In this document: in pieces, positions 50,097-62,496 of the stretch
How the letters are laid out: the number at the start of each line of letters is the position of its first letter
How positions within the stretch are numbered: the first letter of the stretch is position 1
Notes under the pieces: model-generated
Databases searched by the model: none
What the model was told of the DNA's origin: nothing
Seen by the model: the letters and a program-made list of their open reading frames with translations, nothing else
Assembly (NCBI GenBank): GCA_030295235.1
Contig: AP026125.1
Coordinates: 2,046,001 to 2,110,000 of the forward strand
Direction of reading: 5' to 3'
Source of the DNA: Fistulifera solaris
Lineage: Eukaryota
Length of the DNA stretch: 64,000 bases
Made by a program: the position numbers and the translations under genes

Positions 50097-51062
50097 TCGC
50101 GTTGCGGCAAGGCATTGCCACATCATTTAACGACTTGCCACTCAAAATGAAGATGAGTTAACCTAACTGCCATTCGGTTGAATTGTGGGGAACTAGATTT
50201 ATAAATTCAAAAGTAATAGACCTAGTGTTTCAGGATTGCAAAGCTCTTCTTTCATCAAATCTGTTCATGTCACCTCTTGTGCCGAAGAGGATGTCAAATT
50301 TGAAAAAACGACCTTCATGAGAAAGAAGGGCGTTTTGTGTCACTCGATATAATCGACCTACAAAATATAAAGCCCTATTTAGTGTTCCATACCTTGGTGG
50401 AACCTAAATCACCAACTAGGTTATACCCGGAGTAAGGTAGACTAGGAAGATCGTTTGAGTCTAGCGAATACAATAGAAAAAAAGAATATATTACTCGCTC
50501 AATATTGTTTTTCGCAACTCGAATGTTATATCATTAAAGCTGATTTCAATAACTTTACGATAAAACTACAATCAATATTCATAATACTAGTCTATTTGAC
50601 GTCGAAATCGTTCGGCATAGCTCGCGTTTGATTTTACTGTGATATAAAGTGTAAATTACTTTTTTTCTGGACTGAATTTCAGTCACGTGTCGTGAGCCGA
50701 AACAGTTCGTTGCTCATTCTTGTGTCAAAGACATCCCATAAATTTTCTACTAGAGTAAACAGTGACTAGCTAGTTAAGCTATCAGGCGCTTCTAGATTCA
50801 TAGACCAATCTTTTGACGTTAAAAATGGAAGCATCATCGTTTGGTATTGTCCCCCCTTTTTTATTTTAAAAAAATTGACAACTTCACTGTGACACAAACA
50901 CGGTTTGAATCGGACATACTCACGTTTTTTGCGGTCATGCTGGAGAAACGGGGAAATGACAAATGACACTTCTTGATTCTTGATTGTGCAAGTTTTATTT
51001 TATTATAAAAAAATAATCCCAACATACCAGCAAATGTCCTCGTAGGAAAGATAGAGGCACTA

Positions 51063-52735
51063 ATGTACTCTAGTGGAACGACGAGATGTGCAATTGTAGT
51101 GCTTTGGATCGTTCTTCATGCCTTGCAATGGCAGACATTCGCACGCGATGACGATCTTTCTCGGCATCGAATGACTGCTATTGCAGCGTCCGAGAATAGA
51201 ACAACCTTTTGTGAAAAGAATCGCATCCATCTCGTAATGATATCTGTACTTTACTTCCGGTGGATGTGTCTGCAAGTTTCATTTGGAATCAAAAACACGC
51301 TAATAATCGAAATGGAGATGTTTCCATTCTAAACAATCTCAATGCTTATCAGCTTCTTCGCGGTGTTCGACAGGTGCACTCACAGAATAGTTGGAGACGT
51401 CTCTGGGAAGACCGTACAAGCGACAAAGATAGTCCCTTTCGAGTATGGGTCTTTGCGAACCCCTTGGATGTACAACAATCGAACGACTGTTCCCAGGGGC
51501 AGACTTGTCCGTCGCCTTGGTTGCAGTTACTCAACGAGACGGCCAATCAATACTGTCATTTGCTCAACATCGAGTGGACTATTTTTGATTGGTCGTTTGC
51601 GACAACGGAACTCTATACACAGCTTCTCACGGCGCAGCGCGGAAAGGAACAGGGGCCGGACCTGATCTTTCACGCTCTTTCCCGACATGATTTGCGATAC
51701 GCGAATATGGAAAACAGAGATCCTCATACCGTTCTATGGGAAGAAGAACGTCGCCGTGTGCTTCAGGACTTTGTGCGAGCCGGGCGTCGATCCAATCCGT
51801 GTCGGGATACTGTGATCATCTTTGTCGATGATTATGTCCCTTCGATGCAGCCATCGTTGTCGCTGTGGGTAGAACAAGTCAACAGCCGGATGCTCCAACA
51901 AATCTCGGAATATTACAGGACAGGACTGATTTCCTACAGTCAAGTCGTCACGGAATTGATGTTTTTACGAAAGGAATATCGTTCTTTGCTAATTCCGAAC
52001 GACCTGGGCGACTTTGGAGAAATTGCGCACAATGTCCTTGCACATTGTGTTTTGTACGGTTTGCTTCATTTTGCGGTAACCTTTTGCAATACGAAAGATC
52101 CAATGACGGCAACGGCTGATGTGGAACCTATGGTACCAGCTGATATCACGAAACGAGTAAAGACGATTGTGCCACCAGTCCTCGACGCCGAACAAACGTT
52201 GCTGACCGTTTCCGGAGAATGGATTTTACAAGAAGAATTGGAGCGACAGTTTCAGGAACGATACTGCACTATTAAAAACAACAATCCGCCATCGAACTGT
52301 TTGGCAGCATTCTACGCTGGTCAGTCGCTTGCAACGTTGGGAAATGGAGTCAGCCCGGATGGTTGGATGCTGTCACCGGAAGGAATACTCCGTTTTCGGG
52401 GATCGGCCAATTTGAGATGGTCATTCAACGGAAACGAAGAAGTACAGACAGGATACGAAGGAGGAAGAATCAGAATATTCGTACGTTTGCAAGAAAAGAA
52501 CGACATGCAATTCACTTGGACTGTCAGTTCACAAAACATGTCCACAACGGGAAGTTTTTCGACACAAAACCATACATTGAGTAGCACTATAGCGGTGCCG
52601 ATGGTTGAACAACTTCCTGATCGTATTGAGAATGACTTGTCCTTTCGTTTGGAATGTTCTGATCCCGTCGATACGGTGGAAATAGTCGGTCTCTTTCTTT
52701 GCCAAGAAGAACCTATTCAACGAATAACCAGCTAG
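51063..52735 (+). CDS. Hypothetical secreted or membrane-anchored protein, weakly SGNH-like
   Basis: 491-aa ORF (VWVFAN..PDLIFHALS..IIFVDD..AHNVLA) preceded by a hydrophobic N-terminal ORF in another frame. Confidence 0.5.
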
Positions 52736-53241
52736 TACAGGTGCACTGTTGTGAACGATACGAATGATAATCAACCAGTTTGCAGCCAATATTCATTGAC
52801 ACAATTAGGATTGCGGCACAAGGCCTTCTTCAAACAAACAAAAGCAGCATACGTAGTCTGGTTCAGGTCAACATGTGACATGGTCCCCTAGGATTGCCAT
52901 TCTACCTGGTAGAAGGGAACGCCGTGAGCTGTAGAAATCCAAGTGATCGTTGGGGAACGGTACTATTATCAAAGTTTTGCTATTGGCCTAGAATTAAAAA
53001 AAGGTGAATGATACTATAGGAACAAACACAAATGTTAGATTTTTTCGGGTTCGTGATTCAAAAACGTGTTAACTACTACATTGACAGTCATCCTGTCCCG
53101 CCAAATGCCGCACCAGAACTGACGGAAATCTTTCCGCACCGTCCTTTTTCGCGTCGTGATGCCGAAAGCCAAAACGAAAAAGATTGATGCCCATTTTGTT
53201 GACACCGAAACAAACTAAAAAATACTCTACATACAATCGCA

Positions 53242-55739
53242 ATGAAATCCAGCACCAGACGCCGAAAGCCTCACCGCGTACTGGTGATTGGCAGTGGAAT
53301 GAGTGGCTTGGCGTGTGCGCGTGAATTGCAACAACGAGGTTACGACGTTCTTGTCGTCGAAGCCCGGAGTCGTGTCGGCGGTCGTTTGAAAGGAGGCAAG
53401 TTGCGTGTTCCTTCTGGAGGCAACACGGAAACAGAAGAACACGCTGTTGATCTGGGAGGAGCGTTAATTCATGGGATTGACGAAAATCCGTTGTACATGC
53501 TCGCGCAAGAATTAGGAATTGCGACACGCAGCGTGCAAGAATGTTTGTTGATGGATACTTCTGGATGGCCTGTAGATCCCAAACAAGATGAAAAAGCACA
53601 ACATTTCTTTGACGAATGTTTGGAAGAGTCATTTCGTCGCATACAAGAAGCGAAAATGGGGAAGGGCGTCCTGGAAAGTAAGGCGCCAGTCGAGTCGTCG
53701 CCGTCGAGGAAAAAGCAAAATAGCCAATCGGTCAGCGCATCTACCCGTAGCCGAAAGTTACATGCCGAGACGTCATCGTTTGGTGATGTTTTTGAGACAG
53801 TGTGTGCAGAGAAACGAGTGGATGCGCCTCCGGCTTTATTGCAATGGCATCAAGCGAATCTGGAAGTTTTCCTGCGGGGCTAGTTTTGATCGATTGGGTT
53901 GGGATTGGAATGAAGACGAGCCTTATGGGTTTGATGGAGAGCATCATGCATTAAAAGACTCATGGAATTCCGTCACTGAACGTCTAGCGGAAAGTCTGGA
54001 TATACTGTTCGAATCGACGGTTACGCAAATACGGCTGATTCACCCCGATCCGATTGAGCTTGCTAAGCATCGAAAGAAATTAGAAAAAGAGGAACATCAG
54101 CGACAACAGCTGTTGCGTGCATCCGTTAGTCCTTCCAAATCTGTCAGTACCAAAAGCCCGGATGTGGTGCCGGTGCGTGCTTCTCGTCGGATTCGCGGAG
54201 AAGATGTCGACGTACGACGATCGGGACGACAAGTGCGAAAGGCGGTGGATCGGTTTGTCGTTGATCATACCATTCCACAATTTCTGACCAGCCCCATCAA
54301 TCGAAAGCGAGCACATTCATCGTCGGGACAGCTTCCGTTCCGCAGCGAAAGTTATGTGCAGGTGACAGTCCTCCAGCCATCCGGTCACACGTTAGAGTTA
54401 GAGGCCGATGCTGTTGTTTGTACGTTGCCTTTGGGTGTACTGAAACAAGATCCGAACGAAGGAGGAGTAGCATTTGATCCTCCTCTTCCACAGGAAAAAC
54501 AGATTGCCATTCAGAGACTGGGGACAGGCTTACTCAACAAATGTGCTTTATCGTTTGATCGGATCTTTTGGCAAAATGTCGACTTCATTGGCTGGGCAGA
54601 GTCGGAGCAATCATCGTATCTTGTTCTTAATGGAGCCGCCTATACCGGTGGGAAACCGATTTTGATTTTCATGTACGGTGGAGACTTTGCGAAAGATATC
54701 CAGGACTGGACAGACCAACAAATAGTGGAAGATTGTATGAATGTGTTGCAGAAACTCTGTGGTCGGCGCACAATCCCTCGTCCGCTGGATTATTGTGTGA
54801 CAAGATGGGGCAAGGATCCCAGATCTCGAATGGCCTTCAGTTACATTCCACCTGGAGTGGATGGCTTTGCTGAGTTAAGGAACATGAGCAAACCGATTTA
54901 CGGGCAGAGTGAAAGTTTCGGTGACGTACCCTTGTTGATGTTCGCTGGAGAGCACACTACTCCGTTCCATCCAAGCACCATACACGGGGCTTTCTTGTCC
55001 GGTATCAGGGAGGCGTATAGATTAGATAGTGTTGTTTGCGCCGACGCTTTCGAAAACTTTCAGTTTTCTGAAGACGATCTGTATCAGCATACCTTTACTT
55101 TCGGAGAACATGAGAACGAGAATGGTGTTAATGACGTTGATGGCAATAATCAAGACTTCAATGATAATTTAGCAACGCATAAAGCTCGATCAACAGCATC
55201 GATGACGAACCGTGAACACGTAACGAATGGTAGCTTCCATCGTCGAAGGGGGAGCGTCGGGAGTTATGCGACTTAGCCGGCATGATGAAATAGCTCCCAC
55301 CCCTGATACGAATGGGAAACACGTTGAACACAAAGAGAAAGTGAAAAGCGAGGAGAAAGAACGGCCACAACGACGATTACGAGCTGCTTTTGGTCTTGGT
55401 TCGCCGGGATCTACGACTTCCGAAGGTAATCACGAAGAGAACCAAGCTCATGCCGCGAGTATCCGAGACTTGGAGGATAGGATGTTGCTGAGGAGTTTGG
55501 AAAGCTATGGCGCAGATTACGAATACATCCAAGGAGTTAGCCTTCCAGTTTACGGAGCTGAAAACGATCGCAAGACGAATTTAACGCAAATTCAGGCCCG
55601 CTGTCATAAACTTGTGAAATCTTCTCAGCTAAAACCGCCATCTCGCCCCCGGCCTGCTATTCTGAAAAACTGGATTGCAAAACCCGCTTTGGATTCCAAG
55701 GAGAAGCTTGGCGGATCCACTCCGAAAAAGAATCGATGA
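53242..55739 (+). CDS. LSD1/KDM1-like FAD amine oxidase with a C-terminal SANT/Myb-like segment (two apparent frameshifts)
   Basis: VIGSGMSGLACA..EARSRVGGR, DLGG..IHG..NP, LQWHQANLE, VCTLPLGVLK, GLLNKCAL, TRWGKDP, FAGEHT..PSTIHGAFLSGIREA. Confidence 0.88.
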
Positions 55740-55874
55740 ATAACATTCATTGAATTTTTAAATGAACGAAACGCTATTATATATGTATAGTGATGTATCT
55801 ACCAGTTTGATTGTGTTTATGTCCTGCGTTTGAGCCCCAGCGCGACAGATATGTGCGAGAGAATGACTCAAACA

Positions 55875-57399
55875 TTATGATTTCTCTTGTCCTCCAAAGT
55901 CTTCGCGACTACTTTCCTCGACGACACTCCAGCGGCTTAGCACGGCCACTATGACGCGATCCCTGTCGTTTTTCGGAGCCTTTCGGTGGTGCACAAACTT
56001 TTGGAGTTGCTCCGCTGTTACAAGTGGTTTGCCCCCACGGCATGAGAGTATCACCACACGCCGACTAGCATCAAGCCAAAGCGACGTTGAGCAAGGTTCT
56101 CCGTACTCACAAGTCGGAACAGCAAAGATTTCCTTTCGTTCCTCGCCATTTAATACGGATATTCCGAAATCGACTTGATTGCTATCTGTTATATAAGGTC
56201 CATCTGAACGACTCGGATCTTGGCGCAAGGCAACTCCCACTAGCAGCTGATCATCAGCATTTTTGGCGTGGTATTCCTGGTGGACCTTGACCGCCAGGGG
56301 ATGACACAATGCTCTCAAGGACAAATAACGTTTGCCGTGGCGGTGAACAGTGAGCGACTCAGGAAAAGAGCGATCCATAGCCACATGAATTAACAATGGA
56401 CCGGGCCAGACTTTGTTTGCTAGCAAACGCAGCAGCTGCTGAGCTTCATTGAAAGCGTGTGCTGCTAAAACTTCCCCGTCCTTGCTCTTCACGGCGTAGG
56501 GTCGTTTAGGGAAACATTGGCGCCAGAACGGTCCGTCTAATGCAGTAGGGAGAAGATAAACGTGTGGAACGTCATAACTCTCTTTCTTGATCTGATCAAG
56601 ACTAACCATACTATCGCTTTCAATCCCTGTCGCGCTCCCATCACTGCTGAAACTACAAACGCTTGTCGAGGACACTTGTCGAGGGTAGCAAATCTTATCT
56701 TCCGTAGCTTGATTGGATGACTGACGGATATTTTTTCCAGACAAGTCTTGTATTCTACTTGACCACGAGTTCGGATTCCGCCAGTTGAGTTGAGCGACAG
56801 CTTCGTATGTGCATTCCGTTGGAATAGCCACCGCTTGTCCTTCGAGAAGCTTAGCGACAACCTCCTCCATGCCGGATGTAGTTGGCTGAATCACAGTCGG
56901 TTGCGGGGTAGGACTTGCAGACAAGGGTCGTTTACTAGCTTCCAGAGGACCAGGATGGTCGATCTTCGTGCGTTTCTGTGATAATAGAAAGAAGCACGGA
57001 TAATTGTGTAAGAGAAGCTTTCGAAAAAGATGGTTTTAGCCAATGATCTTCTGATAGCGCGGGGCGCACTGAATCGGTCGAGTCGATGAGGTGCGTCAAC
57101 CCTCAATCACGAGAACTCGCAACACTCCATCATCTTTGCTGCATTCTTAGCACAAAGATATCACACAAAGACAGCTGTTATAATTACATACCTGACGATT
57201 CTGTAACGAACGTCTCACTAAAACCTTTCGGCGTTTTTCGACGAGCCGCTGCCGCAGCAGCCGCAGCTTGAGCTCGTTCATGGTCGTCTGACTCCAAGTC
57301 ACTGGGGAGCGAGTAAAGGCGTTTCGGGGAAGGAGAAGAAAATTGCGTTGCAACCGAAGAAGGCGCGTCATTCGTCAGCGGCGGCGACGCAACCTTCAT
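55875..57399 (-). CDS. Degenerate YrdC/Sua5-like domain protein with low-complexity upstream exons
   Basis: LLEGQAVAIPTECTY and VWPGPLLI resemble YrdC. The upstream exon MKVASPP..(57399) ends at a GT donor. The exon structure is tentative. Confidence 0.6.
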
Positions 57400-58074
57400 T
57401 ACTCTGATTTGTTCCTTGAGTCTTTCTGCACTTTGTCGAAGCGAGAATACGAAGGATGAGGATGAATAAAGTTGTGTAGCTTATTTGTTGTATGTTGATA
57501 TGATGTAACAAACAAGCAGCACAACCGAACCCGATTCTCACATCTGTTTCTCGATAGAAAATAAACGGCGAAGTGAGTTGAGCGGCGCCAAAGACCTGTG
57601 TAGCCGACGCTACATCAAAGCTCGTGGCTGCGACCGCCAAAGGGTATCTACAAGATTTTCGATGGCTGTGAACGAGTTCTCTATTTTTTGCTACGACAGC
57701 TTCGACAAAAGGTCACTTTATTAAGGTTAAAGGATACTTTTGGTAGGATAGCCGGTCGTTCTATCGAAAACAAAGTAGGCAACCGGCATTTACTTAGACT
57801 GAGATGTTTTTGTAGATGACATCAGCAGCAGCTTCGCGGGCTTCGAGATCTTTTGATGTTGTCGATTGGCGATTGGTGTCATTGCGATGCCATCATGAAC
57901 AGATGTCAATGTGTCAACAAATCGACTCAATGACGATCGTTGTCCATCTTGTCGATGACATGCTTGCGTCCGAGTTGAAGGATCGAAAGAAAGGAAGGGT
58001 TATGAACGATGGCCAGGGTTGATTAGGTCACGGAGAAACAAAGTCGTGTCAATCGTTTCCTGCTATACAGTCTA

Positions 58075-58985
58075 TTATTTTACTTTCCTATTGAGTGGAA
58101 GTCGTCTTACAAAAGACGATGGATACTCAAACCCACTCCTTTCATTGTCGTCTTGTAAAAGCAGTTGAAAATCTTCGCTTCGCATGCTATTCAACAAGGC
58201 CTCGATATTTCCCAGACTTGATTGTTGTTGCAGGACGAAGGATTGGCGGTTGGGATCGATTAGCGGAGTGGGTTCAATGTCTAACAAGTGTCCGTCGCGT
58301 GACTCGTTGGATGTGCTTCTTTGAAATTTGAGTCGGAAAAGAGGTTCTTCCGGAAGGCATTGCGCATCAAACTGTTGAGACAAACCCATGCCTCCAAGCA
58401 ACGCGTCTCGTCGTAAGCATTGCTGAAAATCAGTGAAATGAGGATGCGTGAAGTCGAACTGGTTCGGGTAACAGTTCTTGTAGGCAGTTTCGTAGCCTTG
58501 CAGCAGACTACCGCGGAAAGTTTGAAAAGTATGCTTCACCGGGTCCTCGTTTTCTCGGCAATGGTCTTCCAACTTCTTGTTCGATCCGGTGTGGCGATGA
58601 CCTCTTTCATGTTGGCAGCGAAACGAAGAGCGTGGCTAACCTTGTCACGTGCAATAGCGTCGGATATCTGTTCCCACATGTCGATGCCGTTCCACTTGAC
58701 TCGCTTAATGAATCTAGTGTTGTATCGTTGTTTCATTACGGCAACGATAGTGCGAGTAATCTTCATTTTATCCTGTTTGGAGTGAATGCCCTTGTATACT
58801 TCTACGAAACTATCAATCATTTCGCGAAACCTTTGGTTACCTGGGTGGATCCCGTAGGTCTTATCTTTCCCACAAAGCACATCATTCAATGCAGGCTGCT
58901 CGAATGGTTCTGTATCAATGTCTTTTTTACTGCGAGCCTTGACATCTTCGGTCCGTTCCATTTGCCGCGCTTCCTTCACAATCAT
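58075..58985 (-). CDS. DUF6824-domain protein (diatom-expanded family)
   Basis: NDVLCGK..HPGNQRFR..K.KI..IV..RF..WEQIS..ARDKVSHALR. Frameshift near 58570. Confidence 0.82.
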
Positions 58986-59468
58986 ATTTTAAAATTAAAA
59001 CAACGTGATTATCCTGGAAGACACTTTCTGTTTTTGTGAGCTGCAAAGTCGATCATTGAACTGGTGTGAGATGAGAATGCCGACACGATGCGAGGCTGCG
59101 AGGCGTTGCTTTCAAAAGAGCTCAGGCAATGTTTGAAGACGTAGTTTAGCTTTTGGTGGCGACCGTCTGGTGTGTCTTTACAATTCCCTCTCAAGTTAAT
59201 GTGCACAGAAGGCCAAACGTGCACCACAAATTATGTATGATATTTCGTATATAATAATATTTAGATCTTGTACATGAATGTATTAAGAGAGAATTTAAAG
59301 TGGCAGAAGGAGTTCTCTTTATTTTTCAATATTTAGGGACCGTTGAAGATTAATTGTTCTTCGCGAAAGTAGACTACTAGTTCGTGCATATATCTTCATT
59401 CGTGCTTCTCAGTGCTCAAGCATTACGTAGAATGAAAGGGTGAAGGGTGAAGAGTGAAGAGTAAAGAG

Positions 59469-60039
59469 TATAGTTCGACACATGTTTATTTGGTCAATAA
59501 ACATAAACTGCATAAACGGTTTATAAACGTGTTTATACGTTTACGATTTTTCATAAACCTGTTTATGTCTATAGCGTCTGTACGTGGTACGGGTTTGTGC
59601 GTGCATTGTGTGCGTCCGTGAGTCATTAAAGAGCAACCAAATCATGGTTATCGAAGCCCTAAGCAATGAACCGGCCACACAACCGTGACATGAATAGCTT
59701 GAATAGTTTGAATGTTCTCAAAATCATTCGTTATGCTATGGATAGCCGGGTTTCAGATAAATTAAAAGTTCTTTAAATATAGATACGCTGATAAAAACTT
59801 GAAAGGGCGCATAAACTACTCCGAGATTCAAACCTCATCATCAAGACAGTTGTTAACCATGCAAATGTGCAGCAATTTAAGATGCTTAGATACGTTTACA
59901 ATCATTGAAAGATGGGATAACCTCTGCTGGTGAGAGCGGGACGAGGGACAGACGATAACCTGCATATTCTTGCATAAACTTGTATAAACTTGCATAAACT
60001 GCATACGATTTTTCATAAACATGTTTATGTCGAACTATA
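59469..60039. mobile_element. Non-autonomous DNA transposon (MITE), 12-bp TIR, 8-bp TSD
   Basis: TATAGTTCGACA (59469-59480) and TGTCGAACTATA (60028-60039) are flanked by GTAAAGAG at 59461-59468 and 60040-60047. Subterminal CATAAAC repeats. Confidence 0.85.
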
Positions 60040-61157
60040 GTAAAGAGTGAAGAGATCAGACATCAGACATCAGACGTGCGTCGAGAGTCGCGAGTCCCGA
60101 ATCAACCACCGGTACTGTATTCTTGATTCTTTCTTCTTTCGCATATACAAACGAGAATCGAGTATTAGGTATTAGCCCTAATCCCTAATCCCATATAATC
60201 CCATTTCTCATTTCTCATTTCTCCCATACCGGGTAATTATTTGTTCTGAGAAGGACAAGGAAGAAGTTCTTAGAAGCGAGAGGCATTATGCATTTATGCA
60301 ATGCCCTTCTTTAATCTACATTTTTGTAGTAGTAAATGTATAACGGAAGTTTTATTCACCTCACGAATGAATCACGACTCACAACTCACAGCACCCAAAC
60401 ACAAACACCCAAGGAACAGGAACGCGGAACGCGGAACGCGGAGGTCGCACGTCGCGCGTATCGTCGATCGTCGGCAATGAGTTGTAATTGTCATAGGCTT
60501 CATTGATGGTCGGCTGTCGGCTGGCGGCCGTTGCTTGTTGCTTGTTGTGCTTTTGCTTTTGCTTCGTGCACAGTACAAATTAAGGTACCGGTAGGCTGTG
60601 ACGTTTTATTTTTTTCTTTATCATGCTGCGACGCACATAAATAATAAAACAAGTCTTTTGTCTTTTGTCCCGAAGCTCCAAAATGTTTTCAATTTTTTAT
60701 TAAAATTACTTTTACGTCCTACCAGTATCACTAATCACTACGTAAGATCCAGCAGGAAGACCGCATTAGCCCGCTTGTCAATCGCGCCAAGACTTTTTGC
60801 ATCGTTTACATTTGTTATCGTTTCGTTATTAAGGAGTAAGATCATGCATTTAGATTATCAAAATGCATCTCCCTCAATTTTTTTAAACTTATTCTTTGGA
60901 GTAAGTTTAGTTCATTCTAGTTGCTGAACCAACTTTACACATTTTTGTACGTACGCCAGTGAATGGAGCTAAGGTTATGGCTAGCGATCATCGATCATCG
61001 TGACTCCTCGTGACTGCATTGAATTACTTTGAACCTTAATCTACGATCGGCGACGCATCTGCGCACATGATCATCACAATCGCAACATTGAACGGAACAG
61101 GCTAGACTTTCTATAGATGCAAACAAATTATGCGCAACTAATATTGAAAACTAGTCC

Positions 61158-62283
61158 ATGAAGCAGGAAAGAAGGCACTCTGTGTACCCACAGCATCCTC
61201 CGGGAAGCGAAATTATCTTTCGTGTACCAGCTACGGAGATGACGTTCGTAGATCGACTCATTGTGTCCGTTAGCAGTCTTACGATTATAGGATCCGTTGT
61301 TTGGGTGCCGGCATGTATTGCATGGGCTTGGCGACGATGGAAGAATGTCAAAGATAAGCGACGGAAAGCTCTTTATGCAGCGCTCGCGATCGCCGCGTCC
61401 ATTCTTCTGGCCGTCGGGCCACATCGGTCACCACATTTTGGGAAGAAATTGCAAGTCAGGAAGTGGCGACTCTGGCAAGCTTGGCTGAGGTTTATTGCCA
61501 TGGAGGTCATCTCTGATACAGCTAACAACAACAGGTCGATAGATGTGAAAGAAGAAAAAGCAATACTGGCTTTTGCGCCGCATGGTATTTTCCCTTTGCA
61601 TTTGCCTTTGCAGCTCTACCAGAAATCGCTCAATCCGCCGCATTCGGTGTATTTCGTCCTGTGGTGGCTTCTGCCACCGCTCTATTTCCCATTGTACGAG
61701 ACTTTTTATCATGGTGCGCCGCCATGTAAGTTTCATACGGAGCAATATTGGCTCTTTTATTCATTTGTCTCTCACATCATATTCGAACAGCGACGCGAGC
61801 AAATCGTCCGTCGATAACGTTCTTTCGAAAGGCGAACGAATAGGAATCGTACCCGGAGGGATAGCAGAGATATTTGAAGGTTATCCAAAGCCGATGACCA
61901 GCCCCAACGAAGAGTACAGCATCGTACGCAAAGGATTCTTGCGCATGGCCATCAAACACAATCTACCAGTGATTCCTATTTACGCGTTTGGCGCAACGAA
62001 AATGATGAAGCGTCTTGATTTACCGCTTCTGGAAACTATATCTAGATGGCTCAGAATATCCATTGTACTTTTTTTTCGGTGTTTGGGGGCTACCGATCCC
62101 TTTCCGGCAAAGACTTTCGTATGTGATAGGGCGACCGATCCATCCGCCCAGCCACGCAAACGGCGACGAGGAGCATGTTCGAGCCATGCAAGATCTCTTT
62201 GTCAAGAACTAGAAAGAATATTTAATCGACACAAGGAGGCATATGGATGGGGACACAAGACGCTAAAGCTTTTAAAAGAGTAG
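61158..62283 (+). CDS. DGAT2: Diacylglycerol acyltransferase type 2 (DGAT2/MOGAT family)
   Basis: N-terminal TM segments, FAPHGIFP, IGIVPGGIAEIF, RKGFLRMAIK..VIPIYAFG, VIGRPI. Intron ~61726-61790 and homopolymer slips. Confidence 0.9.
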
Positions 62284-62496
62284 CTTCTAAATTTCTATTT
62301 AACTGGAATAATAGCTTGATTGTAGCTCAACACATGACGCAAATGTCAAATCGAGACTTGTGCACCATAGAATCATGTGTCGTAATAGCATCGATGTATA
62401 GCCTTTTAAATTTGAGGTGAGCTTAGCATGATGTTGTGAGCGGCCCGTGTTTTTGAATCTCTGATAACGCGATAGTGAAAAGCTTGTAGCGGACGC

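Noticed and set aside
60175..60192. CCCTAATCCCTAATCCC (and CTAACCCTAAAC near 37685) as interstitial telomere
   Set aside because: Only two imperfect units, compatible with chance or microduplication.
59000..61150. AT-rich gap as a centromere
   Set aside because: It is short, I cannot quantify the GC dip, and it is partly explained by a MITE.
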